Positions 9,407-20,302 of a stretch of DNA of 64,000 nucleotides are shown one piece after another (the first letter of the stretch is position 1; every line of letters begins with the position of its first letter). The notes under the pieces were generated by a model. That model did no database searches, was not told where the DNA came from, and worked only from the letters and a program-made list of their open reading frames with translations. The position numbers and the translations under genes are program-made. Source of the DNA: Bacillota bacterium (GTDB taxonomy: Bacteria > Bacillota_I > Bacilli_A > RF39 > UBA660); NCBI GenBank assembly GCA_015059365.1, contig SVAO01000004.1, positions 18,091-82,090 on the forward strand. Reading direction: 5' to 3'.

Positions 9407-10194
9407 TATTTTTTTACCTCAACCACACCAAAATTAGGAACATCAACTTTATATTGTTTTTTTAACACATCTACACTAATTACTTTTCCTTCCCCTTTAT
9501 CTGTGACTTCTTTAGAACCTATCTTAGGTAAACACTTGCGACACTCTTTATAGTTTTCATCTTCATATTTTAAACAACATAGTAATCTTCCACATACTCC
9601 ATTAATTTTTGATGGATTTAATGCTATATTCTGATTTTTTGCCATATTAATAGATACTGAATCCATGTCCTTTAAAAATCTAGCACAGCATAGTACTTGT
9701 CCACATTGGCCACAACCACTTACTTCTTTAGCTTTATCTCTCGCACCAATTTGTCGTAATTCTATTCTTGTTTTATATTTACTTGCTAATGTCTTTGCTA
9801 AATCTCTAAAATCAATTCTAGATTCTGACATAAATCTAAAGATCAACTGTTGGCGATCAAAAGTATAATGTGCATCTAATATAATCATGTTTAAATTATT
9901 TTTATTAATAAGGCTTTTACAATACGAAAGAGCAGATTTTTCATCTTTTTCATTTTCTTTAAATTTATAATAGTCTTCTTTTGTAGCAATCCTTACCACT
10001 CTGTTTGACAAATGTTCTATCTTTTCTTCATTTATTTCAAAATTTTCTAATTCAACTTTACCAAATTCTAATCGATTATCATATTCTACAATAACTGTTA
10101 TACCTTTTTTTAATTTTAATTTACTAGATAAAAAATAATGAATACGTTGATTGTTTTTAAATGTTATTCCAACTACATCTACCATATTATACAC
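9406..10194 (-). CDS. ricT: PSP1-domain protein YaaT/RicT
   Basis: 262 aa with a Cys cluster (GCGQCGQVLCC...GRLLCCLKYE) typical of the YaaT/PSP1 C-terminal domain. The start could instead be the M at 10185. Confidence 0.88.
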   Translation of the reverse strand: MYNMVDVVGITFKNNQRIHYFLSSKLKLKKGITVIVEYDNRLEFGKVELENFEINEEKIEHLSNRVVRIATKEDYYKFKENEKDEKSALSYCKSLINKNNLNMIILDAHYTFDRQQLIFRFMSESRIDFRDLAKTLASKYKTRIELRQIGARDKAKEVSGCGQCGQVLCCARFLKDMDSVSINMAKNQNIALNPSKINGVCGRLLCCLKYEDENYKECRKCLPKIGSKEVTDKGEGKVISVDVLKKQYKVDVPNFGVVEVKK

Positions 10195-11146
10195 CTCCCA
10201 ACAAAATTATTAACTTGTCCAATATTAAATTTAAATTGCAATTATATTTTATTCTTTCTTGTATATTTGTCAATATTCTTATTTTTTTAGTTATTTTTTC
10301 AACAGAATTATCATCACTTATTGACATTATTTTTTCTTTATAATCATCAAAAACACTTACTTTTTTCCTTATTTTAAAATCTAAAATGTCTTTAAAAAAC
10401 AAAATCATTATATTTATGAATTGCTCAAACATTATTTTATCCTTTAGAAAAGTTGAACATAAGTGATTTTCATCAAGTAAAACCTCTATGTTCATTTTTT
10501 CTATTTGCTCTATAAATTTGATGGTTTCTAAAATTATTTCAGATTGACTATTTGATTCATAAAAATTATTAATATCATTTATATTATTAAACAAATAATT
10601 ACCTACTTTTTCTAACGTTGAGTGATTATTTGTTTGGCTCTTCATATCATTTAATTTAATAATTTGACATCTAGATACTATAGTTTCAAGTAACGAATAA
10701 ACATTATTTGTTATTAATATTGCAGTTATGTTTTCTTCTGGCTCTTCTAAAAATTTTAAAATAGAATTAGAAGAAGCCTGATTTAACTTTTCTGCATGAT
10801 TTATTATATAAACTTTTCTAGTTCCTTCTAAAGATTTTGTGCTAAAGTTTTTCTGTAAACTATCTAATTGTTCTTTTTTAATCCACATTCCCTCAGGCTC
10901 TATTATTTCTAGTTCCGAAAAATTTCGATTATTTATTCTTTCACATTGTGTACAATTTCCACAATCAGTACATTTTATTTTATTTTCTGGGCAAAATAAG
11001 GTTTTAGCAAATGCCAAGGCAAAATCAAAACCTCTATAATAATTATTAGTCTCTATTAGATAAGCATGTGAAATACTTTTAGTATCCGATAACTTTTTAA
11101 TAATTTTACAAGCTATCATTTGTTCATCAAAAAAATCTTGTATCAT
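10187..11146 (-). CDS. holB: DNA polymerase III subunit delta'
   Basis: 319 aa. AAA+-like N-terminus with a zinc module (CTDCGNCTQC) and an SRC motif (VSRCQ). Confidence 0.88.
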   Translation of the reverse strand: MIQDFFDEQMIACKIIKKLSDTKSISHAYLIETNNYYRGFDFALAFAKTLFCPENKIKCTDCGNCTQCERINNRNFSELEIIEPEGMWIKKEQLDSLQKNFSTKSLEGTRKVYIINHAEKLNQASSNSILKFLEEPEENITAILITNNVYSLLETIVSRCQIIKLNDMKSQTNNHSTLEKVGNYLFNNINDINNFYESNSQSEIILETIKFIEQIEKMNIEVLLDENHLCSTFLKDKIMFEQFINIMILFFKDILDFKIRKKVSVFDDYKEKIMSISDDNSVEKITKKIRILTNIQERIKYNCNLNLILDKLIILLGGV

Positions 11147-11155
11147 ACTTACCTC

Positions 11156-11344
11156 CTAAAAAACAACAACTAATACAACTACTAGTGCCAACAACGATGG
11201 AACACCTAGCAGACATATCAACAAAATAGTAATAACATTAATAGGAATTATAAATCCTAAAGGTGCAGCTATCAAGTTATACCCATATAGTAAAAAAACA
11301 CTCATAATAACACGTTTTATTATTTTAAATAATATCTTAAACAT
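11156..11344 (-). CDS. bofA: BofA-family small membrane protein (pro-sigma-K processing inhibitor)
   Basis: 62 aa with two TM segments and a GVP...LAL C-terminal motif. It lies downstream of recR as in B. subtilis. Confidence 0.5.
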   Translation of the reverse strand: MFKILFKIIKRVIMSVFLLYGYNLIAAPLGFIIPINVITILLICLLGVPSLLALVVVLVVVF

Positions 11345-11387
11345 TTGTCCACCTCAATATATGATATGAATAAATATTATACAAATA

Positions 11388-11999
11388 CTATTTTTCGTCT
11401 GATATTTTTTTACGATCCTCCAAAGCTAATTCTAATGTCAAAGCATCAATATATTCCATGTCTGTTCCAAGCGGAACCCCATGTGCTATCTTAGATACCA
11501 CAACTGGATAATTTTCAAATATTTTTGATATATACAATGCTGTTGTTTCACCCTCTATACTAGGTTTAACAGCGATTATAATTTCTTTGATATTCTCAGT
11601 TTCTACTCTATTTATAAGATTCTTTATATCAATATCATTTGGTGTTATCCCATCAAGCGGGGAAATTAATCCGTTTAAAATATGATATTTTCCATTATAT
11701 GAACCGATTTTTTCAAATAAAATGACGTTTTTAGGTGATTCCACCACACACAAAGTTTCCCCATTTCGCGAATTATCATTACAGATATCACAAAATTCTG
11801 ATTCCGTTAAATTATTACATTTCTTACATTTTTTAATATTATTTTTTACATTTAACAATGATTGAGAAAACAATTTAATTTGATCAATATCCATGTTCAT
11901 AATAGAAAATGCCATTCTCTCTGCTGATTTTTCTCCAATACTAGGCATTTTTTTTAAACAATCTATTAAATCTCTCAAAGATTTTGGATATATGGCCAT
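11388..11999 (-). CDS. recR: recombination protein RecR
   Basis: 203 aa with a CxxC...CxxC zinc finger plus a Toprim domain. Confidence 0.96.
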   Translation of the reverse strand: MAIYPKSLRDLIDCLKKMPSIGEKSAERMAFSIMNMDIDQIKLFSQSLLNVKNNIKKCKKCNNLTESEFCDICNDNSRNGETLCVVESPKNVILFEKIGSYNGKYHILNGLISPLDGITPNDIDIKNLINRVETENIKEIIIAVKPSIEGETTALYISKIFENYPVVVSKIAHGVPLGTDMEYIDALTLELALEDRKKISDEK

Positions 12000-12295
12000 T
12001 AGAATAATCCTGGCATTCCTTGAGTATATTTACCTAGTTTGCTTTCAGTATCTTTATCTACTTGTTTATTTGCTTCATTAATAGCCACCATTATCATATC
12101 TGATAACATATCGATATCATCTTTATCTAATTGTTCTGCATCTATTTTTACTTCTAATACTTTCTTTTCCCCATTAATCTTTACTGAAACGATTGATGAA
12201 GAAGCACAATATACTGTATTATTTATTTCTTCCTTTGCTTTCATCATATCATTTTGTATTTTTTGTGCTTGCTTCATTAGTGCTTGCATATTCAT
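11999..12295 (-). CDS. ybaB: nucleoid-associated protein YbaB/EbfC
   Basis: 98 aa with MNMQALMKQAQKIQ and a C-terminal GMPGLF. In the dnaX-ybaB-recR order. Confidence 0.93.
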   Translation of the reverse strand: MNMQALMKQAQKIQNDMMKAKEEINNTVYCASSSIVSVKINGEKKVLEVKIDAEQLDKDDIDMLSDMIMVAINEANKQVDKDTESKLGKYTQGMPGLF

Positions 12296-12309
12296 TTTTC
12301 ATCTCTCCC

Positions 12310-13956
12310 TTAATTATATTGTATTGTGTTAAAAAATAAATTTTCTATCTCATTTTTTTCTTCAGTTTCGTTAAAAATTTGTTTTATATCAACATCTTCT
12401 TCTATATATTGATATTGCTTAGTTCTACTATTATATTCCTCTTTTATTATTTCCCAGGAAATAATGTCCGTAGATATAACGTTATATTTATTTCCAAATT
12501 GGGTTTCTAATATATCTTCGATTTTTAAAATATATTGATTAAACAAGTCAGAATTTGTTTCATTCTCAAATACATAAACAAGATAATTTTTCCCAGCTGC
12601 TTTTAAAGTACCATCTAAAATAACCGAAACCACTTGGCTATAATCAGGATTTATTAACAATGGTTTTAAGTTTTCATGTAAATCTTTTATTTTTATTAAT
12701 TCTTTTTTATCAAATGTCGATAAAGCATTATTTATTCTTATCTGTTTTATTTTTTTTAATTTTTCTTTTATATCAGAATTAATTTTATTTTCTAAACCTA
12801 TAATTTGTTCTTTCTTAAAAGTTTCTTTAATACCAACATCATTTATTTTTTCATTTGAACTATTTTCTTCATTTTCTTTTTTTTCTTCTTTTATTGTAAC
12901 TATTTTTAATATTGATATTTCAAAAATCAATTTAGGCATATTAGTTTTTTTTATTTCTGTTAAGTTTTTATTTAAAACTTCTATATTTTTTATAATAATA
13001 GATTTTTCCATTGTCAAATCTTTATATATATCAATATCAACCCCTTTAGATATTAAATATTCTGGTGCTTGTTGAAATATCAATAAATTTTTAAAATATA
13101 GAATTAAATCCTCTAAAATTTTAGCAAAATTTTTACCAGTTTCATTCCAGTTATCTATCATCTCCATTATTTCAAGTAAATTACCATCAATAATTTTCAT
13201 TATAAAATTTCTTAATTGTTTGTCTGTTAATGTACCATTTACTGTATGAACATCGTCTACAGTTATTTTTCCATCAGAATAAGCATAAACTTGGTCTAAA
13301 ATGCTTAAAGCATCTCTCATTCCACCATCCGATATTCTTGCTATTTCTTTTACTGCATTTTCTTCTATATCAATTTTTTCAATATTACAAACGTTATTTA
13401 ATCTCATAATTAATGAGTTATTATTTATTCTTTTAAAATCAAAACGTTGACATCGAGATAATATTGTTGTTGGTATTTTATGAGGTTCGGTAGTAGCTAA
13501 GATGAATATTATGTACATAGGTGGCTCTTCTAAAGTTTTAAGTAAAGCATTAAATGCTCCTGTTGTTAACATGTGTACTTCATCTATTATATAAACCTTA
13601 TATTTACTGTTTGAAGGAACCAAATTAACCTTACTTTTCAATTCTCTTATTTCATCAACGCCATTATTTGAAGCAGCATCTATTTCAATTATATCAACTG
13701 TTTGTTTGTTATTTATTTGCGTACAACTAACACATTCGTCACATGGTATGCCATTTTTTAGATTTTCACAGTTGATTGTTTTTGCTAAAATCTTTGCAAT
13801 ACTTGTTTTTCCTGTTCCTCGAGGACCAGTAAATAAATATGCATGAGTCATTTTTTCATTCACCACAGTATTTTTCAAAGTTTTCACAATAATATCTTGT
13901 CCAACGATTTCATCAAAGTTTTTAGGTCTATATTTTCTATACAAAGCCTGGTACAC
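12310..13956 (-). CDS. dnaX: DNA polymerase III subunit gamma/tau
   Basis: 548 aa with Walker A GPRGTGKTS, a zinc module and SRCQ. GTG start with an AGGGTG RBS. Confidence 0.96.
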   Translation of the reverse strand: MYQALYRKYRPKNFDEIVGQDIIVKTLKNTVVNEKMTHAYLFTGPRGTGKTSIAKILAKTINCENLKNGIPCDECVSCTQINNKQTVDIIEIDAASNNGVDEIRELKSKVNLVPSNSKYKVYIIDEVHMLTTGAFNALLKTLEEPPMYIIFILATTEPHKIPTTILSRCQRFDFKRINNNSLIMRLNNVCNIEKIDIEENAVKEIARISDGGMRDALSILDQVYAYSDGKITVDDVHTVNGTLTDKQLRNFIMKIIDGNLLEIMEMIDNWNETGKNFAKILEDLILYFKNLLIFQQAPEYLISKGVDIDIYKDLTMEKSIIIKNIEVLNKNLTEIKKTNMPKLIFEISILKIVTIKEEKKENEENSSNEKINDVGIKETFKKEQIIGLENKINSDIKEKLKKIKQIRINNALSTFDKKELIKIKDLHENLKPLLINPDYSQVVSVILDGTLKAAGKNYLVYVFENETNSDLFNQYILKIEDILETQFGNKYNVISTDIISWEIIKEEYNSRTKQYQYIEEDVDIKQIFNETEEKNEIENLFFNTIQYN

Positions 13957-14022
13957 ATTATCACCCTCTTCACATTAATAATTATACCATTTTATGCATA
14001 TTAATTCATAAAAAAAGAGGCT

Positions 14023-14445
14023 CTATCCCCTTTTTTTTAAAAAAAACTTTTGAATAATTTTCTTACAATCATCACGTAAAACTCCTGATTGTATTTTACT
14101 ATTATTATAATCATTATTTTTACTAAAATAACCAAATTTATCGTTTTCTACGCCGTATATAATCTTTTTTATTCTTGCTTGCTCTATGGCCCCATAACAC
14201 ATAACACAAGGCTCAACTGTTGTATATATTTCACAATCTTCTAAATGCCATGTTTTTAATTTCTTACATGCCTTTTCAACCGCTTCTATTTCAGCATGTC
14301 TAGTAACCATTTGTTTTTTTTCTTTTTTATTATGACCTTTAGCAATAATTTTACTATTTCTAACAATAACAGCACCAATAGGAACATCTCCATGTTTTTC
14401 TGCTTTCATAGCTTCCTTAAGTGCTATTTTCATATATTTTTTCAT
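14023..14445 (-). CDS. tadA: tRNA adenosine(34) deaminase
   Basis: HAE...PCxxC deaminase motifs. Start refined to ATG 14445 (AAAGGTG RBS); the ORF-track extension to 14511 reads through the parS palindrome and the SRP RNA 3' end. Confidence 0.9.
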   Translation of the reverse strand: MKKYMKIALKEAMKAEKHGDVPIGAVIVRNSKIIAKGHNKKEKKQMVTRHAEIEAVEKACKKLKTWHLEDCEIYTTVEPCVMCYGAIEQARIKKIIYGVENDKFGYFSKNNDYNNSKIQSGVLRDDCKKIIQKFFLKKRG

Positions 14446-14472
14446 TATATACACCTTTGTCTTTATATTTTT

Positions 14473-14494
14473 ATATGTTTCACGTGAAACATAT
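14473..14494. other. parS site (22-bp perfect palindrome ATATGTTTCACGTGAAACATAT)
   Basis: Contains TGTTTCACGTGAAACA, a perfect match to the B. subtilis parS consensus TGTTNCACGTGAAACA. It directly follows the SRP RNA U-tract. Confidence 0.8.
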
Positions 14495-14572
14495 AAAAAA
14501 GGCACACACACTTAGAGGTTTTTAAGGCTGCTATTTTCCAATTCTGACCTGGTTCAAACATAAATGTTGTGC
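14495..14572 (-). ncRNA. ffs: signal recognition particle RNA, minimal 4.5S-like form (about 78 nt)
   Basis: The minus strand reads GCACAACAUUUAUGUUUGAACCAGGUCAGAAUUGGAAAAUAGCAGCCUUAAAAACCUCUAAGUGUGUGUGCCUUUUUU. It has the conserved domain IV pattern CCAGGUCAG...GGAA tetraloop...AGCAGCC, and the 5' GCACA pairs with the 3' UGUGC. Confidence 0.85.
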
Positions 14573-14578
14573 TATTAC

Positions 14579-14607
14579 AATATATAACATTTTTATTTTA
14601 TTTTCAA
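14579..14607 (-). promoter_or_regulatory. sigma-A type promoter of the SRP RNA
   Basis: The minus strand reads TTGAAA-N17-TATATT. The predicted TSS coincides with the first G of the terminal helix (about 14572). Confidence 0.55.
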
Positions 14608-14620
14608 TATTTTTTGAAAT

Positions 14621-14654
14621 AAAAAGATATATTTACTTATCAATATATCTTTTT
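14621..14654 (-). terminator. intrinsic terminator of gyrA
   Basis: 12-bp stem AAAAAGAUAUAU/AUAUAUCUUUUU with a 10-nt loop, followed by a U-rich tail. Confidence 0.6.
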
Positions 14655-14658
14655 TTGA

Positions 14659-14676
14659 ATGTTTCACGTGAAACAT
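14659..14676. other. parS site (18-bp perfect palindrome ATGTTTCACGTGAAACAT)
   Basis: Perfect parS core located 2 nt downstream of the gyrA stop codon. Confidence 0.8.
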
Positions 14677-14678
14677 AT

Positions 14679-17120
14679 TTATTCATTATCTTGTTGATTT
14701 TCTTCGATTTCTTCTTTTTTTACTAAAGATACAGAACTTACCTTTTGTTCATCTTTTAAATTAATAAGTTTTACTCCTTGAGCCACGCGACCAGTATTAG
14801 AAATTTGTTCAAGATTAAGTCTTATAATTATTCCAGTAGTTGTTATAATCATTAGATCCTCATCACCATTTACAATTTTGAAAGAAACTATATTACCATT
14901 TTTTTCTGTTATATTAAGTGCTTTTACACCTTTACTTCCTCTATGGGTCATTCTATACTCTTCGATAACGGTTTTTTTACCATACCCATTTTCTGTTACT
15001 ACTAATACATTTTGGTTGTCATTTGCAACCTCACAACCTACAGCGATACCGTCACCCACATCAATGCCTTTTACTCCCGCTGCACTTCTACCCATTACTC
15101 TTATTTCATTTTCATCAAATCTAATCATTCTTCCATTTGAAGAAGCAATTAAAATTTGATTATTTCCCAAAGTTTTTTTAACAGATATTAATTCGTCATC
15201 TTCTTTTAGAGTTATAGCTAATTTACCGTTTGCACGTATTTTATCAAATTCTTCTATCTTTGTACGTTTTACAAGACCTGTTTGTGTACAAAATACAATG
15301 TAGTTTGATTCATCTTCTTTTTCAACCTTAAGCATTGCTCTAACTGTCTCATCTTTGTCTAAAGGTAATAGATTAATAATAGGAATTCCTTTAGATTGTC
15401 TACTAAATAAAGGTATTTCATATCCTTTCATTCTATATACTTTTCCTAAGTTAGTAAAGAATAAAATATAATCATGAGTTGTCATAGACAACATCTTTTC
15501 AACAAAATCCTCTTCATTGGTACTCATCCCTTTTATTCCTACTCCACCACGATTTTGTGTACGATAGTTTTCACTATTCATTCTCTTAATATACCCTTTG
15601 TTTGTAAGTGTTATTACAACATCATCAACAGGTATTAATGATTCATCTTCTATGTAATCTATTGCAGACATATCAATGTTAGTTTGTCTTGGAGTTGTAT
15701 ATTTGTCTCTAATTTCGAGCAACTCTTCCTTAATTACTTGTAATATTTTTTCCTCACTGCTTAAAACATCCTTTAAATATGCGATTAATTTTAATAATTC
15801 TTCTAACTCTTCTAATATTTTTTCTTTTTCTAAACCAGTTAGTTTTCTTAATCTCATTTCTAAAATTGCTTCTGTTTGAACATCATCCAATCCAAATTTT
15901 TCGCTTAATTGTTCCTTTGCAATTTGATCCGTTTTAGCATTCTTTATTATCTTAATTACTTCATCAATATTATCTAAAGCAATCTTCAATCCTTGTAATA
16001 TATGTTCTCGTTTTTCTGCTTTATCTAAATCAAATTTTGTTCTTCTATAAACGACTTCTTTTTGAAAGTCTATATAATTACTAATAATTTCCTTTAACCC
16101 TAAAGTTTGAGGCTTTCCTTGGCATAGCATCAACATATTTATACCAAATGACGTTTGAAGAGGAGTATGTTTATATAGATTATTTAATACAACATTAGGA
16201 TTGGCGTCTCGCTTTAATTCAATTACAATTCTCATACCATCTTTAAAAGAAGTTTCTTCTCTTAAATCTGAAATACCATCAATCACTTTATCCCTAACTA
16301 ATTCAGCTATTTTAGTAATTAACGCTGATGTATTTACTTGATAAGGCACCTCAGTAATTACTAATTCATAACGATCTTTTTTCTCAATTGTATCTACTTT
16401 TCCTCTTATTGTTACTGTACCTTTACCAGTTTCATAAGCCTTCTTTATTCCACTATTTCCCAAAATACTTCCACCAGTTGGAAAATCTGGACCTTTAATA
16501 TATTCCATTAGGCCTAGAACATCTATTTCTTTATTATCTATATAAGCTACACAACCATCTATTATTTCACCTAAATTATGTGGTGGTATATTGGTGGCCA
16601 TACCGACAGCAATTCCCATTGTTCCATTTACTAATATATTTGGAAATCTCGAAGGTAAAACAACAGGTTCCTTTCTAGATGCATCAAAATTATCTTCAAA
16701 ATCTACAGTATCTTTATAAATATCCCTTAACAATTCCATTGCTATCTTAGATATCCTAGATTCAGTATAACGGTAAGCTGCAGCTGTACTACCATCTATT
16801 GCTCCAAAATTTCCATGTCCATCAATAAGGGGATGTCTATAACTAAAATCTTGTGCCATTCTTACCATCGCATCATATACTGCTGTATCACCATGAGGAT
16901 GGTAATTACCTATTACTGCCCCTACTGTCTTAGCACATTTTACATATCCTTTGTCTGGTGTAAATCCTGATTCTAACATAGTATATAATATTCTCCTATG
17001 TACTGGCTTCATACCGTCTCTTAAATCTGGTATTGCTCGGGAAATAATTACACTCATTGAATATTCAAGAAATGATTTTTCCATTTCGCTAACTATATTA
17101 CTATTTTCTAACCTATCCAT
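14679..17120 (-). CDS. gyrA: DNA gyrase subunit A
   Basis: 813 aa with the active-site region AAAYRYTE and C-terminal beta-pinwheel repeats. Confidence 0.98.
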   Translation of the reverse strand: MDRLENSNIVSEMEKSFLEYSMSVIISRAIPDLRDGMKPVHRRILYTMLESGFTPDKGYVKCAKTVGAVIGNYHPHGDTAVYDAMVRMAQDFSYRHPLIDGHGNFGAIDGSTAAAYRYTESRISKIAMELLRDIYKDTVDFEDNFDASRKEPVVLPSRFPNILVNGTMGIAVGMATNIPPHNLGEIIDGCVAYIDNKEIDVLGLMEYIKGPDFPTGGSILGNSGIKKAYETGKGTVTIRGKVDTIEKKDRYELVITEVPYQVNTSALITKIAELVRDKVIDGISDLREETSFKDGMRIVIELKRDANPNVVLNNLYKHTPLQTSFGINMLMLCQGKPQTLGLKEIISNYIDFQKEVVYRRTKFDLDKAEKREHILQGLKIALDNIDEVIKIIKNAKTDQIAKEQLSEKFGLDDVQTEAILEMRLRKLTGLEKEKILEELEELLKLIAYLKDVLSSEEKILQVIKEELLEIRDKYTTPRQTNIDMSAIDYIEDESLIPVDDVVITLTNKGYIKRMNSENYRTQNRGGVGIKGMSTNEEDFVEKMLSMTTHDYILFFTNLGKVYRMKGYEIPLFSRQSKGIPIINLLPLDKDETVRAMLKVEKEDESNYIVFCTQTGLVKRTKIEEFDKIRANGKLAITLKEDDELISVKKTLGNNQILIASSNGRMIRFDENEIRVMGRSAAGVKGIDVGDGIAVGCEVANDNQNVLVVTENGYGKKTVIEEYRMTHRGSKGVKALNITEKNGNIVSFKIVNGDEDLMIITTTGIIIRLNLEQISNTGRVAQGVKLINLKDEQKVSSVSLVKKEEIEENQQDNE

Positions 17121-17132
17121 AAATTATCACCT

Positions 17133-19061
<1,929 letters not shown>

Positions 19062-20171
19062 TTACACCTCTTCTTTTTTACCATCTTTTATTTTTATTAA
19101 ATTAGCTCTATTTATTAATTCTTCATTTAAATTAGATAATTCTGTTGTAGTTATAATTGTCTGAATATCATTATTGATATAAAACAATAAATTATTTTTC
19201 TTTTTGTTATCCAATTCACTAAAAACATCATCTAATAACAGTATTGGTTTTGTATTTTTATAATCATTAAATATTTCGATTTCAGACAATTTTAAAACTA
19301 ATATTCCTAATCTTTGTTGTCCTTGAGAACCATAAAATTTTAAATTTCTATTATTATAGATAAATTCAAAATCATCCTTATGTGGTCCTAAAATAGTATT
19401 TTTATATTTTCTTTCTTTATAATTATTCTTTTTATATTCATTGATTATTTTATTTTTTAAATCTTGATCATTAATATCATATTGCTTAAAATCATTTATA
19501 TAATTTATATAAAAATTTTCATTACCAAATATTTTTAAACTTATGTTTTTACAATAGTGGTTAATCTTTTCCACATACTTATTTCTCATTTTATAAATAT
19601 AGATAATTTTATCAACTAAATGCTCAGTAATAATTTCAAAATATTTCTCATCAAAATCTATTCTATCTACATATTTTTTTAAATAATCATTTCTTATTTT
19701 TAATAATTTATTATACTCACTTAACACTTCAAAATATTTAGATGATAATTGACTTAATTCCACATTAATATATCTTCTTCTATCGTTTGGACTCCCTTTT
19801 ATAAGATTTAAATCATCTGGATAAAATATAATAATATTTATATTTGATATATATTCACTTACTTTTTTTACAGAATTTTCATCAATCTTTAAATTCTTTT
19901 TATTTTGGCTTAAAGTTATTAAATATGTATTATCTATATCACCATTTTTAACAATACCTTCTACTTTAAGCATATCCAAACCATCCTTTATAAGTTTATT
20001 ATCCAAAAAAGAATGATGAGACTTTGTCACGGCTAAAAAATAAATAGACTCCAACAAATTGGTTTTTCCTTGGGCATTATCACCATATATTATATTGATA
20101 TTAGGTAAAAATTCAAAATTTGCCTGTTCATAATTTCTAAAATTATTCAATTTTATACTTTTTAAAAACAT
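19062..20171 (-). CDS. recF: DNA replication and repair protein RecF
   Basis: 369 aa with Walker A GDNAQGKTN, signature GSQGQQR and Walker B LLLDDV. Confidence 0.95.
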   Translation of the reverse strand: MFLKSIKLNNFRNYEQANFEFLPNINIIYGDNAQGKTNLLESIYFLAVTKSHHSFLDNKLIKDGLDMLKVEGIVKNGDIDNTYLITLSQNKKNLKIDENSVKKVSEYISNINIIIFYPDDLNLIKGSPNDRRRYINVELSQLSSKYFEVLSEYNKLLKIRNDYLKKYVDRIDFDEKYFEIITEHLVDKIIYIYKMRNKYVEKINHYCKNISLKIFGNENFYINYINDFKQYDINDQDLKNKIINEYKKNNYKERKYKNTILGPHKDDFEFIYNNRNLKFYGSQGQQRLGILVLKLSEIEIFNDYKNTKPILLLDDVFSELDNKKKNNLLFYINNDIQTIITTTELSNLNEELINRANLIKIKDGKKEEV

Positions 20172-20248
20172 TAAACCACCTTTTTTCTTATTTTAATGCC
20201 CATATCGTGAAAAAAAGAATATTTTAAATACTCCTATACCACAACAAT

Positions 20249-20259
20249 ATTATATCACA
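20249..20259 (-). promoter_or_regulatory. extended -10 promoter element (TGTGATATAAT) upstream of recF
   Basis: Matches the TRTGnTATAAT extended -10 pattern, about 75 nt upstream of the recF ATG. Confidence 0.45.
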
Positions 20260-20270
20260 TTTTTAGCCCT

Positions 20271-20302
20271 AAAAACAGAAAAATAAGTAAAATTTACTTA
20301 TT
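20271..20302 (-). terminator. intrinsic terminator after comK
   Basis: Inverted repeat AATAAGTAAA/TTTACTTATT overlapping the comK stop, followed by UUUUCUGUUUUU. Confidence 0.5.

Noticed and set aside
12310-13956. Checked dnaX for an E. coli-style programmed frameshift site, and the large replication genes (dnaB, gyrA, gyrB, dnaX, uvrB) for inteins
   Set aside because: No A-rich slippery heptamer with a downstream hairpin was evident in dnaX. All of these proteins have normal lengths with contiguous motifs, so no intein or recoding signal is present.
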